Shown piece by piece: positions 1 to 10,700 of a stretch of DNA of 64,000 nt. The first letter of the stretch is position 1. Each line of letters starts with the position of its first letter. The position numbers were made by a program, and so were the translations under genes. This DNA comes from Patescibacteria group bacterium (lineage in GTDB: Bacteria > Patescibacteriota > Minisyncoccia > Phycocordibacterales > Phycocordibacteraceae): contig JAZJYZ010000001.1 of assembly GCA_040390125.1 (NCBI GenBank), positions 506,396 through 570,395 of the forward strand. The letters run 5' to 3'. The notes beneath the pieces were generated by a model. It was not told where the DNA came from. It ran no database searches and saw nothing but the letters and a program-made list of their open reading frames with translations.

Positions 1-2
1 TT

Positions 3-371
3 GCACCCGCGGTCTCTGAAATTGCTCTGGCACGTACTCTTGCAAACACCGGCCAGGTTTCTTTTGAAGGCAACCTTCAAATTGAAAATCCTAACGACCT
101 TCACGTAGCCGTTAATGCCCCTGACGCTCTAGGTACGGAAACACCCATTGAGCTCAATATATCTGGAACGGCAAAACTAGTGGCGGTGTTTGATATTGAG
201 CAACTTGCAAAAGACCTTGCGGGTAAAGATAAAGCGGATATAAAGACCGTGCTTCCAAACTACGCCGCTATCTCGAATATAGACGTAAAAATATACCCAT
301 TCTGGAGAGGAGGCCTTCCTGACGACCCTGCCAAGCTCAAAATTACCTCAAACAGCTCGTCCACAAACTAA
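3..371 (+). CDS. C-terminal part of a hypothetical protein (CPR baseplate-J-like family possible); 5' end lies outside the window
   Basis: The frame of ORF 180..371 appears open back to position 3 and ends IYPFWRGGLPDDPAKLKI, typical of these CPR proteins. Confidence 0.55.
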   Translation, partial: APAVSEIALARTLANTGQVSFEGNLQIENPNDLHVAVNAPDALGTETPIELNISGTAKLVAVFDIEQLAKDLAGKDKADIKTVLPNYAAISNIDVKIYPFWRGGLPDDPAKLKITSNSSSTN

Positions 372-385
372 TCTTAGGGATCTTC

Positions 386-415
386 TTGACGGCTCATACT
401 GATTTCTGGTACTAT
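386..415 (+). promoter_or_regulatory. sigma70-like promoter upstream of infA
   Basis: TTGACG-N18-TACTAT. Confidence 0.5.
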
Positions 416-448
416 AGCTAAGTCCAACTCAGATTCCGATTCGCTCAA

Positions 449-664
449 ATGGTACGCACGAAAGACACAGAGGAGAGACTTGGTACTGTTACTGAGTCAC
501 TTCCCAATGCTCTATTTCGAGTAACCCTGGAAAGCGGAGAAGAGATGCTTGCATATCTTGCAGGTAAGATGCGGCTCCATCGCATTCGCGTGCTGGTGGG
601 AGACCGTGTTTCGCTCGTTCTGGATCCTTACGGCGGACGTGCACGAATAGTGCGACGTTTATAA
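449..664 (+). CDS. infA: translation initiation factor IF-1
   Basis: [14 protein letters not shown]...[21 protein letters not shown]; operon context. Confidence 0.97.
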   Translation: MVRTKDTEERLGTVTESLPNALFRVTLESGEEMLAYLAGKMRLHRIRVLVGDRVSLVLDPYGGRARIVRRL

Positions 665-673
665 TTTACACAC

Positions 674-790
674 ATGAAAGTTCTCGCATCGGTAAAGAAG
701 CAACAGGCAGGCGATATTCTCGTTCGCCGTCGTGGTCGCTTGTACCGAATCAACAAGAGAAACCCTCGTCGTAAAGCTCGCCAAGGTTAA
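674..790 (+). CDS. rpmJ: 50S ribosomal protein L36 (cysteine-free type); not in the ORF track
   Basis: Manual translation [38 protein letters not shown], located between infA and rpsM. Confidence 0.95.
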   Translation: MKVLASVKKQQAGDILVRRRGRLYRINKRNPRRKARQG

Positions 791-841
791 GCATTTCTGA
801 CTATTTTCTACACTCTACCTACTAAACTATTCTAATTAATT

Positions 842-1222
842 ATGCGTGTCGCTGGCATTACCATCCCTGATAACAAACATCTCTCAATCGCCCTCACTGC
901 GGTGTATGGGGTTGGACGGGTGAGAGCAATGACTATCCTTACGCAAGTAGGTGTTCCAGGTACGGTAGTTGCAAAAGATCTTTCTCCCGAGAAAGAGCAA
1001 GAGATACGAGTGCTCATTGAATCATTTACCATCGAAGGCGATTTACGCCGAGAGATTGGAGGCAATGTAAAAAGATTGAAAGATATTAAAGCGTTCCGTG
1101 GACTTCGCCACATGAAAAGCCTTCCAGCACGTGGACAACGCACCAAGACTAATTCACGCACAGTGCGAGGTAACGTGAGAAAGACCATGGGTTCAGGTCG
1201 TCGTAAGCTAGAAAAAACATAA
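842..1222 (+). CDS. rpsM: 30S ribosomal protein S13
   Basis: RGLRH..LPARGQRTKTNSRT motif. Confidence 0.98.
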   Translation: MRVAGITIPDNKHLSIALTAVYGVGRVRAMTILTQVGVPGTVVAKDLSPEKEQEIRVLIESFTIEGDLRREIGGNVKRLKDIKAFRGLRHMKSLPARGQRTKTNSRTVRGNVRKTMGSGRRKLEKT

Positions 1223-1228
1223 AACAAC

Positions 1229-1663
1229 ATGGGTAAACGTCGCATATTAAAAAAGCAAGGCAGCGGAGTCGATTCTGGAAAACGGGATCGAGCTCTTTCA
1301 AAGATCTCAAAGAGACATATTGAGAAAGCTGTTTTGCATATCGAATCTACCTTCAATAACACACGGGTAAGCCTTACCGACCAAGCTGGCGGGATGCTCA
1401 TGTGGTCGTCTTCAGGCTCTATGGGATTTACCGGCAATCGTAAATCAACACCTTTCGCTGCAGCAAAGGTAGGTGAAGTTATTGGTGAAAAGTCTGCAAC
1501 TATTGGCGTTAAAGAGGTAGAAGTGTTCATTAAGGGAGTCGGTTCTGGCCGTGAATCAGCACTTCGTGCGTTTGCCGGTAAAGGTATTCAAATTCTTGCT
1601 ATTCACGACGTGACCCCAGTTCCTCATAACGGTCCACAGCCTTGTAAGCCCCGCAGAGTGTAG
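1229..1663 (+). CDS. rpsK: 30S ribosomal protein S11
   Basis: STFNNT, RKSTPFAA, DVTPVPHNG motifs. Confidence 0.98.
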   Translation: MGKRRILKKQGSGVDSGKRDRALSKISKRHIEKAVLHIESTFNNTRVSLTDQAGGMLMWSSSGSMGFTGNRKSTPFAAAKVGEVIGEKSATIGVKEVEVFIKGVGSGRESALRAFAGKGIQILAIHDVTPVPHNGPQPCKPRRV

Positions 1664-1700
1664 TTTTTCATAATTCCTAAATTTATAACTCAAAATCTAT

Positions 1701-2309
1701 ATGATACTCGGACCTAGATACAAAATCTGTAAACGCCTCGGCTCTTCCATCTTTGAGAAGTGTCAAACTCAGGCTTTTGCGCTTTCCAAACAACGTTCGG
1801 ACGCAAACAAGAAAAAAGGACGCAGAAATGTTTCTGACTATAATCGTCAGCTCATTGAGAAGCAGAAACTTCGACTCTTGTACGGTTTGACTGAAAAGCA
1901 GTTTTCTACGTACGTTGAAAAAGCTCTTGAAAGTAAGGCTAATCCTCAATCAACACTTTTCAGCTTCCTCGAAAGCAGACTTGATTCAATTGTGTATCGT
2001 ATGGGTCTTGCTTCAACACACCGCATGGCACGCCAAATGGTTTCCCACGGGCACATATGCGTGAATGGCACGCGTGTCACCATTCCTTCCTACCGTGTTT
2101 CTCCTGGCGACGCAATCACTGTGCGGGTTGGTAGCAGGGAGAGTGGTTTGTTTCAGACATTGGCTGACAAGTTGAAAGAAGCTCGCACGCCTTCGTGGAT
2201 TTCTTTTGACGTCGGTACTTTGGAAGGCAAACTTCAAACAGCTCCAGTGTTTTCTGACCAAGATACGGCTGTCGACATCGGTGCCGTCTTCGAATATTAC
2301 ACACGTTAA
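1701..2309 (+). CDS. rpsD: 30S ribosomal protein S4
   Basis: [32 protein letters not shown]. Confidence 0.98.
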   Translation: MILGPRYKICKRLGSSIFEKCQTQAFALSKQRSDANKKKGRRNVSDYNRQLIEKQKLRLLYGLTEKQFSTYVEKALESKANPQSTLFSFLESRLDSIVYRMGLASTHRMARQMVSHGHICVNGTRVTIPSYRVSPGDAITVRVGSRESGLFQTLADKLKEARTPSWISFDVGTLEGKLQTAPVFSDQDTAVDIGAVFEYYTR

Positions 2310-2337
2310 TAATTAGCCGATAACTATTCTTTTTCAT

Positions 2338-3285
2338 ATGGATTACTCCATCACATTGCCATCAAAGCCTCGCATCGTTTCTGAAGAAGGAACTACCGGT
2401 ATCTACGAAATTGACGGTTTGTACCCTGGTTACGGACACACGCTCGGTAACAGCCTCCGTCGCATCATCCTTTCTTCCGTCCCTGGTGCTGCAATCACAT
2501 CGGTCAAAATTGAGGGTGCATCGCATGAATTTTCAACCATGGCTGGCATCAAAGAGGATACTATCGGCGTTATCTTGAACCTTAAAAAAGTTCGTATACG
2601 TATTTTTGACAATCAACCACACACACTTTCTTTGAACGCAAAGGGAGTAAAAACATTGACCGCAAAAGACATTACCGTTCCTGGACAGGTGGAAATATTG
2701 AATCCTGACCAACACATTGCTGAACTCACTGATAAAGGCGCACAGTTTGAAGCAGAATTGATGGTAGACACAGGTCTTGGCTATGTTCCAAAAGAGATCA
2801 TCCAGAAAGACCGAGTGGACATAGGTATGATTGCACTCGATGCAATATTCACACCAATTCGTCGCGTAAACTACGAAGTAGAAAACATGCGTGTCGGCGA
2901 CAGAACTGATTTCAACCGCCTTCGCATTGTTATCGAAACCGACGGCACTCTGACACCAAGAGAGGCACTCGAGCGTTCCGTTTCGACTATGATTCAGCAA
3001 TTGAAGGCAGTCGTTGGTTTCAAGGAGGACGCCCCAGAACCGTCTGATGCCGAATCAGTCGCAATGGGAGATGAGGCGAGGGAAGATGTTATGAAGACAC
3101 GCATTGATTCACTGGAGCTTTCAACGAGAACTGCAAATGCACTCACGGGTGCTGGCATCCGCACTCTTGGAGGCTTAGCTCGTAAGACACCTGAAGATAT
3201 TCTTGCACTCGAAGGCATTGGAGAAAAAGCAGTTGAAGAAATAAAAGAAGCACTCTCACACTTCGGTATCTCTTTGAAATCATAA
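2338..3285 (+). CDS. rpoA: RNA polymerase alpha subunit
   Basis: GYGHTLGNSLRRIILSS; alpha-CTD LSTRTANAL. Confidence 0.98.
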   Translation: MDYSITLPSKPRIVSEEGTTGIYEIDGLYPGYGHTLGNSLRRIILSSVPGAAITSVKIEGASHEFSTMAGIKEDTIGVILNLKKVRIRIFDNQPHTLSLNAKGVKTLTAKDITVPGQVEILNPDQHIAELTDKGAQFEAELMVDTGLGYVPKEIIQKDRVDIGMIALDAIFTPIRRVNYEVENMRVGDRTDFNRLRIVIETDGTLTPREALERSVSTMIQQLKAVVGFKEDAPEPSDAESVAMGDEAREDVMKTRIDSLELSTRTANALTGAGIRTLGGLARKTPEDILALEGIGEKAVEEIKEALSHFGISLKS

Positions 3286-3287
3286 GT

Positions 3288-3641
3288 ATGAATCACGGCA
3301 AAAAAGGACGGACTTTTGGAAGGAAACGTGATGTACGTAAAGCCTTCATCAACTCGCTTGCAGAGGCGCTTATACTACGTGAACGCATTGTTACCACCGA
3401 AGCACGTGCAAAAGAAATTCGTCCGTACGTAGAGAGCATGGTTACCAAAGCCAAAAGCGGAACAGTAAGCACACGCAGGAACCTTATTGCAACACTGTCT
3501 GGTCGTGAGAAAGTAGCAAAGAAGTTGATGGAAGTATTGGCCCCTCGTTTCAAAGATAGAAAGGGAGGCTATACTCGCATCACCAAAGTAGTTAAAAAAA
3601 GCTCAGACGGAAGAAAGAGCGCTCTCATTGAATTTGTATGA
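3288..3641 (+). CDS. rplQ: 50S ribosomal protein L17
   Basis: ERIVTTEARAKE, RKGGYTRI. Confidence 0.98.
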   Translation: MNHGKKGRTFGRKRDVRKAFINSLAEALILRERIVTTEARAKEIRPYVESMVTKAKSGTVSTRRNLIATLSGREKVAKKLMEVLAPRFKDRKGGYTRITKVVKKSSDGRKSALIEFV

Positions 3642-3994
3642 ACAAGCCAACAGAACACACAATAGACGCAAAGGGGAAGAAGATGGGTCGCGTGGCTAGC
3701 CAGGCTGCACACATTCTTATGGGTAAGCACTCAACTGCATTTGCGAGACACCTCGCACCTGAATTAACAGTGAAAATCATCAATGCTTCTAAGCTTTCAA
3801 TTTCAGAGAAGCATCTTCAAAATAATACCTATGCACGTTTCTCTGGCTACCAAGGAGGACTCAAGTTCGACACACTTGAAGCAGTGATTGCACGTCATGG
3901 ATACAAAGAAGCGGTAAAGCGTGCAATAAAGGGTATGATACCGGCTACAAAGCTTCGTCCGGGTATGCTTAAGAGGCTAGTGATTAGCGACTAG
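3638..3994 (+). CDS. rplM: 50S ribosomal protein L13
   Basis: IDAKGKKMGRVAS..LMGKH, SGYQGG, AIKGMIP. Confidence 0.96.
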   Translation: MNKPTEHTIDAKGKKMGRVASQAAHILMGKHSTAFARHLAPELTVKIINASKLSISEKHLQNNTYARFSGYQGGLKFDTLEAVIARHGYKEAVKRAIKGMIPATKLRPGMLKRLVISD

Positions 3995-4024
3995 CGTTTA
4001 GCGTTCAGGAAAACAATAAAAAAT

Positions 4025-4414
4025 ATGGCAACAAAATATATTGAAACGATAGGAAGAAGAAAAACGGCATCTGCACGTGTTCGACTAACTGAAAACAGCA
4101 AACAAAATGTTTCTGCAAACGGTAAAACGTTGGAAGAGTATTTCCGCACCCCAGAATTAGTGCGTATTTCTGTTGCACCACTTTCACATCATGAAAAGAA
4201 ATTTTCTATCACGGCGGTACTTCGTGGCGGTGGCATTGCAGGACAAGCAGTAGCACTTTCCCACGGTATTGCTCGTGCAATAGTTGAGTTTGATGCAACG
4301 TCTCGAACACCTTTGAAGAAACTAGGACTTTTGAAGCGTGACCCTCGTGCTAAGGAACGTAAAAAACCAGGTCTCAAGAAAGCTCGCAAAGCAGCTCAAT
4401 GGAGCAAACGCTAA
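4025..4414 (+). CDS. rpsI: 30S ribosomal protein S9
   Basis: GRRKTASARV, GGGIAGQA, RDPRAKERKKPGLKKARKAAQWSKR. Confidence 0.98.
   Translation: MATKYIETIGRRKTASARVRLTENSKQNVSANGKTLEEYFRTPELVRISVAPLSHHEKKFSITAVLRGGGIAGQAVALSHGIARAIVEFDATSRTPLKKLGLLKRDPRAKERKKPGLKKARKAAQWSKR
4375..4408 (+). repeat. 34-bp direct repeat, left copy inside the rpsI 3' end (att-like)
   Basis: caagaaagctcgcaaagcagctcaatggagcaaa is identical to 16331-16364. Confidence 0.95.
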
Positions 4415-4657
4415 GCAGTTAGCGTTTGCTCCGGTTCAGCTTGCCTCCTTAGGCAAACGCTGAAACGTCCGTTGCCGAAACTTGTGAGGCAGGGCGTAGG
4501 AGGGCGAAGCGATAGAACAAAACTGCTTTTGTTTTTCTATGCACTTCGACAAGCGGAACGATGTTTCGACTTTTGGTCGAAACCGTGAGCTGGGCTCGCA
4601 AGTACTTAGTAACTTGTGAGGCAAAGGCTAACTGCTTAGCGTTTGCTCCGGTTCAGC
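4401..4657. repeat. structured repeat element directly downstream of rpsI
   Basis: 23-bp inverted repeat 4401-4423/4627-4649; 22-bp direct repeat 4419-4440/4636-4657; 13-bp direct repeat 4479-4491/4611-4623; internal hairpins. Confidence 0.85.
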
Positions 4658-4759
4658 CCTGCAAAAAACAAAAAACCGAGAACTAACACCTGAAAGCTAA
4701 TTCACGCTTTCTCCACAGTTGTAATTTTGTATTTTCTGGAGTCCTAGCATAATGAAGTT

Positions 4760-7700
4760 ATGAAATATAGGGGACCTTCAAGCCCCGTTCGTATTAGTCT
4801 TTCAACAAGACTCCTTTCGAAAACACCAGCATTCATGTTGGCGTTTTTTATTTTTTTTGGAGTGCTCGTAGCACAAAATATATATGCCTTCGGAACCGGA
4901 GAGCCAACGGTATTTAATCCTAATGTGTTTGGTTTTGAATCATCGAATTTAAAAGTGGAGGGACCAACAGGTGCCCTCACTGAGCGAATCCCTATCGCTA
5001 TTCCTCCAGGGCGAAATGGGTTGCAGCCCGATATTACTCTCGAATACAACAGTCAGCGCACCGAAGACAGTATTGTCGGATACGGCTGGAGCTTATCGAT
5101 TCCCTATATCCAACGCATGAATAAGGCGGGTTCGCAGGATTTGTATTCTGCAGATGCCGTATTCAGCTCCTCTATGGATGGGGAGTTGGTTCAAGTTTCG
5201 ACCACGACAGTAACTCATCGTGCACGGGTGGATACGGGTGCTTCTAACTCCTATTCTTTCTCTGGAAACACGTGGACTGTCTATGACAAGAAAGGCACTC
5301 GCTATACGTTCGGGATGGACGATGCATCTCGTCAGTACGATTCTGCAACCACCTCAGCCAGAACCTACACATGGATGCTCAGCGAAATTCGGGACACGAA
5401 CGATAATACGGTCGTATTCCATTACACCAGAGATGGCAATCAGCTCTATCCGAGCCAGATAAATTACACCGGTTCTGCTGCAGTAGAAGGCCCGCTTGCG
5501 GTGACTTTTGCAACCAGCACGAGGCCTGATGTGCGGGAAAGCTACAAAACAGGCTTTAAGGTAACAACGAACTATCGGATTTCGGAGATAGATACACTCA
5601 TCGCCTCAAGCACGGTGGGGAAGTACCTCCTTTCATACGGCACGGGTAGTAACGGCGTACGCTCCCTTCTCACTAGTATTCAGCAGCAGGGATACGATGA
5701 AAATAATACGCTCTCATCGCTTCCAGCAATGACATTCGCATACGCAAGCTCCTCTTCTATGTTCTATACGCTGAGTAGCGGAGGTGACATCCTGCTTAAT
5801 TCGCAGGTGGAAATTCCATCAGACGTAAACGGTAATGGAAAGAACGATATAACAGGATTTTATTACAATCACAATAACTCTACGGTAGGTGCTGACTTAT
5901 ATATCGATCAGTCAACGACAGTCACCGGTATAACTCCACCTGACTATTGGGGTAGAAAGTCAGGTGCTAATCTCGTGCCGGAAGAGCGAGGTACAAGATA
6001 TTTAGATGTGAACGGAGACGGTAAGGCGGACGTTGTGAAAGGACTCGAAGATAATTACAATGCAACCACTACAAGAAGTCTGTATGTGAATAGTTACGCC
6101 ACCTCAACCGATGCATACAGTTGGACAGCATCAACAACATACACGGGCACAATTCCTTTGTTTGGGTATTCAAGTACGTACCTCACTTTGACATCTGGTC
6201 TCTTTGGCGAAATAAACGGCGATGGTCTACCTGATTATGTTATGGCACTGCCCGGATACACTGGCACGGAAACGTATCTCGGAAACGGCTCTACATGGAA
6301 TGCGACAACCACCACATTTGCTCCGATCTATAACATGCCCACCACGGCACCCACGGAAAATGCCTCACAGTTAATAGATATGAACGGCGATGGACTCGAT
6401 GATTGGGTTTATTCTATAGGCTCCAACACGTACGCACGTCTCAATAATGGAACTGGATGGAATGGCTCGGCAAGCAGTCAGTGGACTATCGCGACCTCAA
6501 CGCTCTATCAAACATCAGTTGGTGGGAGCACTGTCTACTACGATCGTGGAATTCGATTTATGGATATGAACGGTGACGGTTTACCTGACTTTGTTCGCTC
6601 ATACTATATGCCAACACATACTGCGTGTACTGGTGTTGCCCAAGGAGAAGTTGCAACAGTAAAGCAAGTATTGCTCAACACCGGAAATGGGTGGGCAACA
6701 TCCACTGCGTATACTCTTCCAGAATATATTGTGTATGGAGTTGTTGACTCCTCAAGTCCGTGTAATTTCACAGGTGTTTTTTCACACAGAGAATACAGTA
6801 ACTGGATAGGTAATGGGCAAATGAAGCAGGATGTGATGACTCGTAGCACATCTGCGAAAGGTGCTGAGAAAAGTATTATTTACACCCCCTCTACTCAATT
6901 AGGAACAAACCCTGAATTACCCGCCTCGCTTCTGGTCGTGACTGAAATGGGGGAAAGTGATGGTTTTGGTAACACTGCCACCACTTCATATCAATACTCT
7001 GGCGGAAAAGTTTACCTTGCAAACGGAATCCGCGATCGCAAATTTGCCGGTTTTGCTCTGTCGACCAGCACCTCACCGGATTCTGTTGCAGTAACATACT
7101 TCAGTCAAGGAACGGGACTTAATACGACGTTGGGCGAGCAAACGAATGGGTATGCACAGATTAATCGTCCTTTCAGAAAGGATCTCTTTGATCTTTCTAA
7201 TGTACTTAAAAAACACACCTATTACCGTTGGGATTCAAGTACGATTGCGAGTAGCACGTTCGTGGGACTTGGGCGCGAACTCATCCTTGATTATGCAACT
7301 GACGGCAGCACCCATCGTGATAAGGGAACTGATTTTCTCTATGCATCAACAACTAACGACCTTCTTCGGACTATAGAGTACGGGGAAGTGAGTGGCTCCT
7401 CGGACGGCACATTTTCAGACATTGGCACTGACAAACGCACCACGCTCTTTACGTATACTGCCTCGACCTCAGTCAATATGAGCGTACCTCGGAGCAAAAC
7501 TCTCTCTGATTACAGCAACGCCACGACGACCGATGAACGTTACTATTACGATACTCTTTCATTTGGGAACGTCACGAAAGGGAATAAGACCACAAGTGAA
7601 AAGTTGAAGTCGGGCATTACATACGTCAGTAGCCAAAATGCTTATAACAGCTATGGTCTTCCTACGTCTGCAACGGATCCTCGGGGCAAAGTGACTACGT

Positions 7701-10700
7701 ATAACTATGATTCCAAGAATCTCTATATTGCGACGTCCACCAACCCACTTTCGCAAACCACCCAGTTCTACTACGACTACTCGCTAGGCAAGCCAAAGCA
7801 AACTATAGACCCAAATGGACGCATCTTTGAAACAACATACGATGGAGTTGATCGGCCGCTGGCGGAAAAACAGCCGAATATTTCGAACCCAACTTCTTTA
7901 GTAAACAAGAAAACCTACGCATATACTGACACCATTGGTTCACGCAAAATTATTGAAACAAATTATCTCGATGGTTCGACTGATTTCACTTTTCACACCT
8001 ATCTCGATGGCCTCAACCGCCCCATACAAACAAGAAAAGAAGCTGAAACAGCCGACCAGTTCTCGGTCAAGGATTTTGTATACAACAACGCAGGACTTCT
8101 TAAAAAAGAATCTCTACCATATTTCTCGGGAGGTTCTTCCAAAACATCTGCTTCAGCAACTGACGCATTGTATTCAAGATACACATACGATGCTTTGAAA
8201 CGCCCTTTAACTATCGCCAATGCTGTCGGCACTACCACGAATACCTATGGTGCATGGATAGCAACTACGACCGATGCTCTCGGAAATGCTCGTGGTCTCG
8301 CCTATGACGCATTCGGCCGATTGGTGCAGGTGACGCTTCCTGATACGGGCAACGTAACCGCATACACGTATGACACTGTTGGCAATCTGTCATCCATCAC
8401 CGATGCGAATGCGAATGTCCGCAACTTTACCTATGACGCTCTTGGTCGGCGACTTACTGCGGAAGATGTACATGCCGGAGGAGACGGAACATACGGCACA
8501 TGGAGCTATGTCTATGACGCTTCGGGCAATCTTGCTTCGACCACCGATCCGAAAAGTCAGCAGGTGGATTATATGTACGATGACATCAATCGTCTCCTTA
8601 CCGAAAACTATACCGGCCAAGGTGGCACGGAAGTCTCCTATGCGTACGACTCTTGCACGGAAGGCATTGGACGCCTATGCATCGCAACCTCAACAGATGC
8701 CATATCTTCGTTTACCTATAACGCACTCGGTTTAACCGCAAGTGAATCGAAAAACATTGCTTCGACTGTATATCTCACTTCTTATGCGTATGATCGCCAG
8801 AGCAACATCACTGGCATCGTCTATCCTGATAATTCGGAAGTTGAATACTCATACAATACGGCGGGTTTGCTCGAAAGTGTCGCACAAAAAGAAAGTGGCG
8901 ATTCCTTCCTGAATCTCATATCAGATTTTGATTATACTCCAACTGAAAAAGTCACTTTCAAGGCGTTTGCAAATGGGATTCAGAGTACATATGACTATGA
9001 TGCAAACACTTTATACCGACTCGCCAACATCTACACTTCCGCTTCTTCAACTGAAGGTGGGGGAGGAATGGGATTTGGTGGAAGCTTCTGGAGCAATATT
9101 GCTCGTGCCGTAGAAAATTTCCCGTTTGCCCTCCGAGGCAAGCTTGCATTTGCAGAGGAGCTTTCAGAAATACCGGCAATACTCGAAACTGAATTGAACC
9201 TTGAAAATCCCAGTTCTTCAGAAACTCCTGAAGAACCAGTTTTGCCTGAAGTGGCAGAGCTTGCGGTTCCTGAAGAATCAATTCTGTCCGAACCAATAGA
9301 AGAAGAAAATGCTCCGCTCACGCCTCCTGTTGTTGAAATGTTTGAATCGACTTCAACGGAATCGATGATTGAATCAGAAACTGAAGAAGTGCCGGCGGTA
9401 ATCCAGGAAGTAGAGGGAGAAGTATTGGTGGAAGATGAAGCGTCTCCGAAAACTGAAGTTGAGAAAGACCTACCTTTTGAAACGATTAGAGCGGCTGTGG
9501 AAGGGAGGTCCGCTTCCGAACGAGCTAGCATTAAAGGTCAAGAAGTTGCAAAGATTTCTTCCATCCCTCGAACACCTCGAAAAGGGTATGACATCGAAAT
9601 AGTTTCAATGGAACCCATCGATGGTGGTATTCAGGTGTTTGTAAGAGCTTGGAAGAATTGCAAACTGCTTTGCAATTCTTCCGATCCTGCCATGCAGGAA
9701 GAATCCCTGTCGGAGACAGATTCTAGGAGGGACGATGACATGCAGATAGGATTCGGTCTCGACGGCTCCGTAGACATGGAGCGTTTCCGCATCTTCAATC
9801 CACCGATTCTTGTTGAAGACGAAAAGGGCGATATCGTTCGAAATTGGGAAGATCCTGATAGTAAAAAATTGGAAGAACACCGGTTTCGTGAAGATCCAAA
9901 AGAAGCCCTCCTTCAAGTAATCGAGCAGAATCTTTCCATTATGAAAAATATCCATACTGACGGCAAGATTATTCCAGAAAAACGAGGTAATACGACTGAC
10001 ACCTATTATCCAGATGCAAATCCTGAAAGCACGTCAACCGATGGATTTACCGACGACGATAACAACTGGAACTATCACCGGAGTTGGGCACAGGTGCATG
10101 ACGGGGACGGTACGCAGGGGCGACAATCTGCTAATGCCACAAGCGAATATCTCTCTGTGCTGGCCGACAAGGGCAATGATGGAGGGCTATACTATCACAT
10201 GCGACGTACTCACATTTTGTTTGACACAAGTGCCATTGGAAGCGGAGACATTGTGTCGAGTGCAACTCTGTCCATCTACGGCGTATCCAAATCCGATGGT
10301 CAAAGCGATAGCCTATACGTAACCGATACCAATCCGGCCAGCACTACGGAGATTGTTGCAACCGACATGGACAATGTCACCATCCACGGCGCAACCGCAT
10401 ATGCTACACCAATAACTGTTGCAAGTTTCTCAACGAGCGGATATAACAACTTCTCGTTGAATTCAAATGGACTTGCTGCCGTCAATAAAATAGGGATTAG
10501 CAAGTTCTCACTGAGACTCGGACTTGATTTCAACGAAACCTCTTCTCATGATTCCCCGCCCGGAAGTGCAGATAATTACCTCTCAATGTACGCTTCAGAC
10601 CAGTCCGGCACTGCAAACGATCCGAAACTTGTTGTCGAGCATACCGCCGCCCCCAACTCGACCTCCACCCCTCCGACCAATCTTCTCGCTGAAGGACAGA

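Noticed and set aside
832-1530. 232-aa minus-strand ORF and many other antisense ORFs over ribosomal, chaperone and synthetase genes
   Set aside because: Shadow frames opposite clearly recognisable conserved genes; no motifs
4419-4657. Direct repeats as a possible CRISPR array
   Set aside because: Only two copies, ~200 bp apart; no regular spacers and no cas genes
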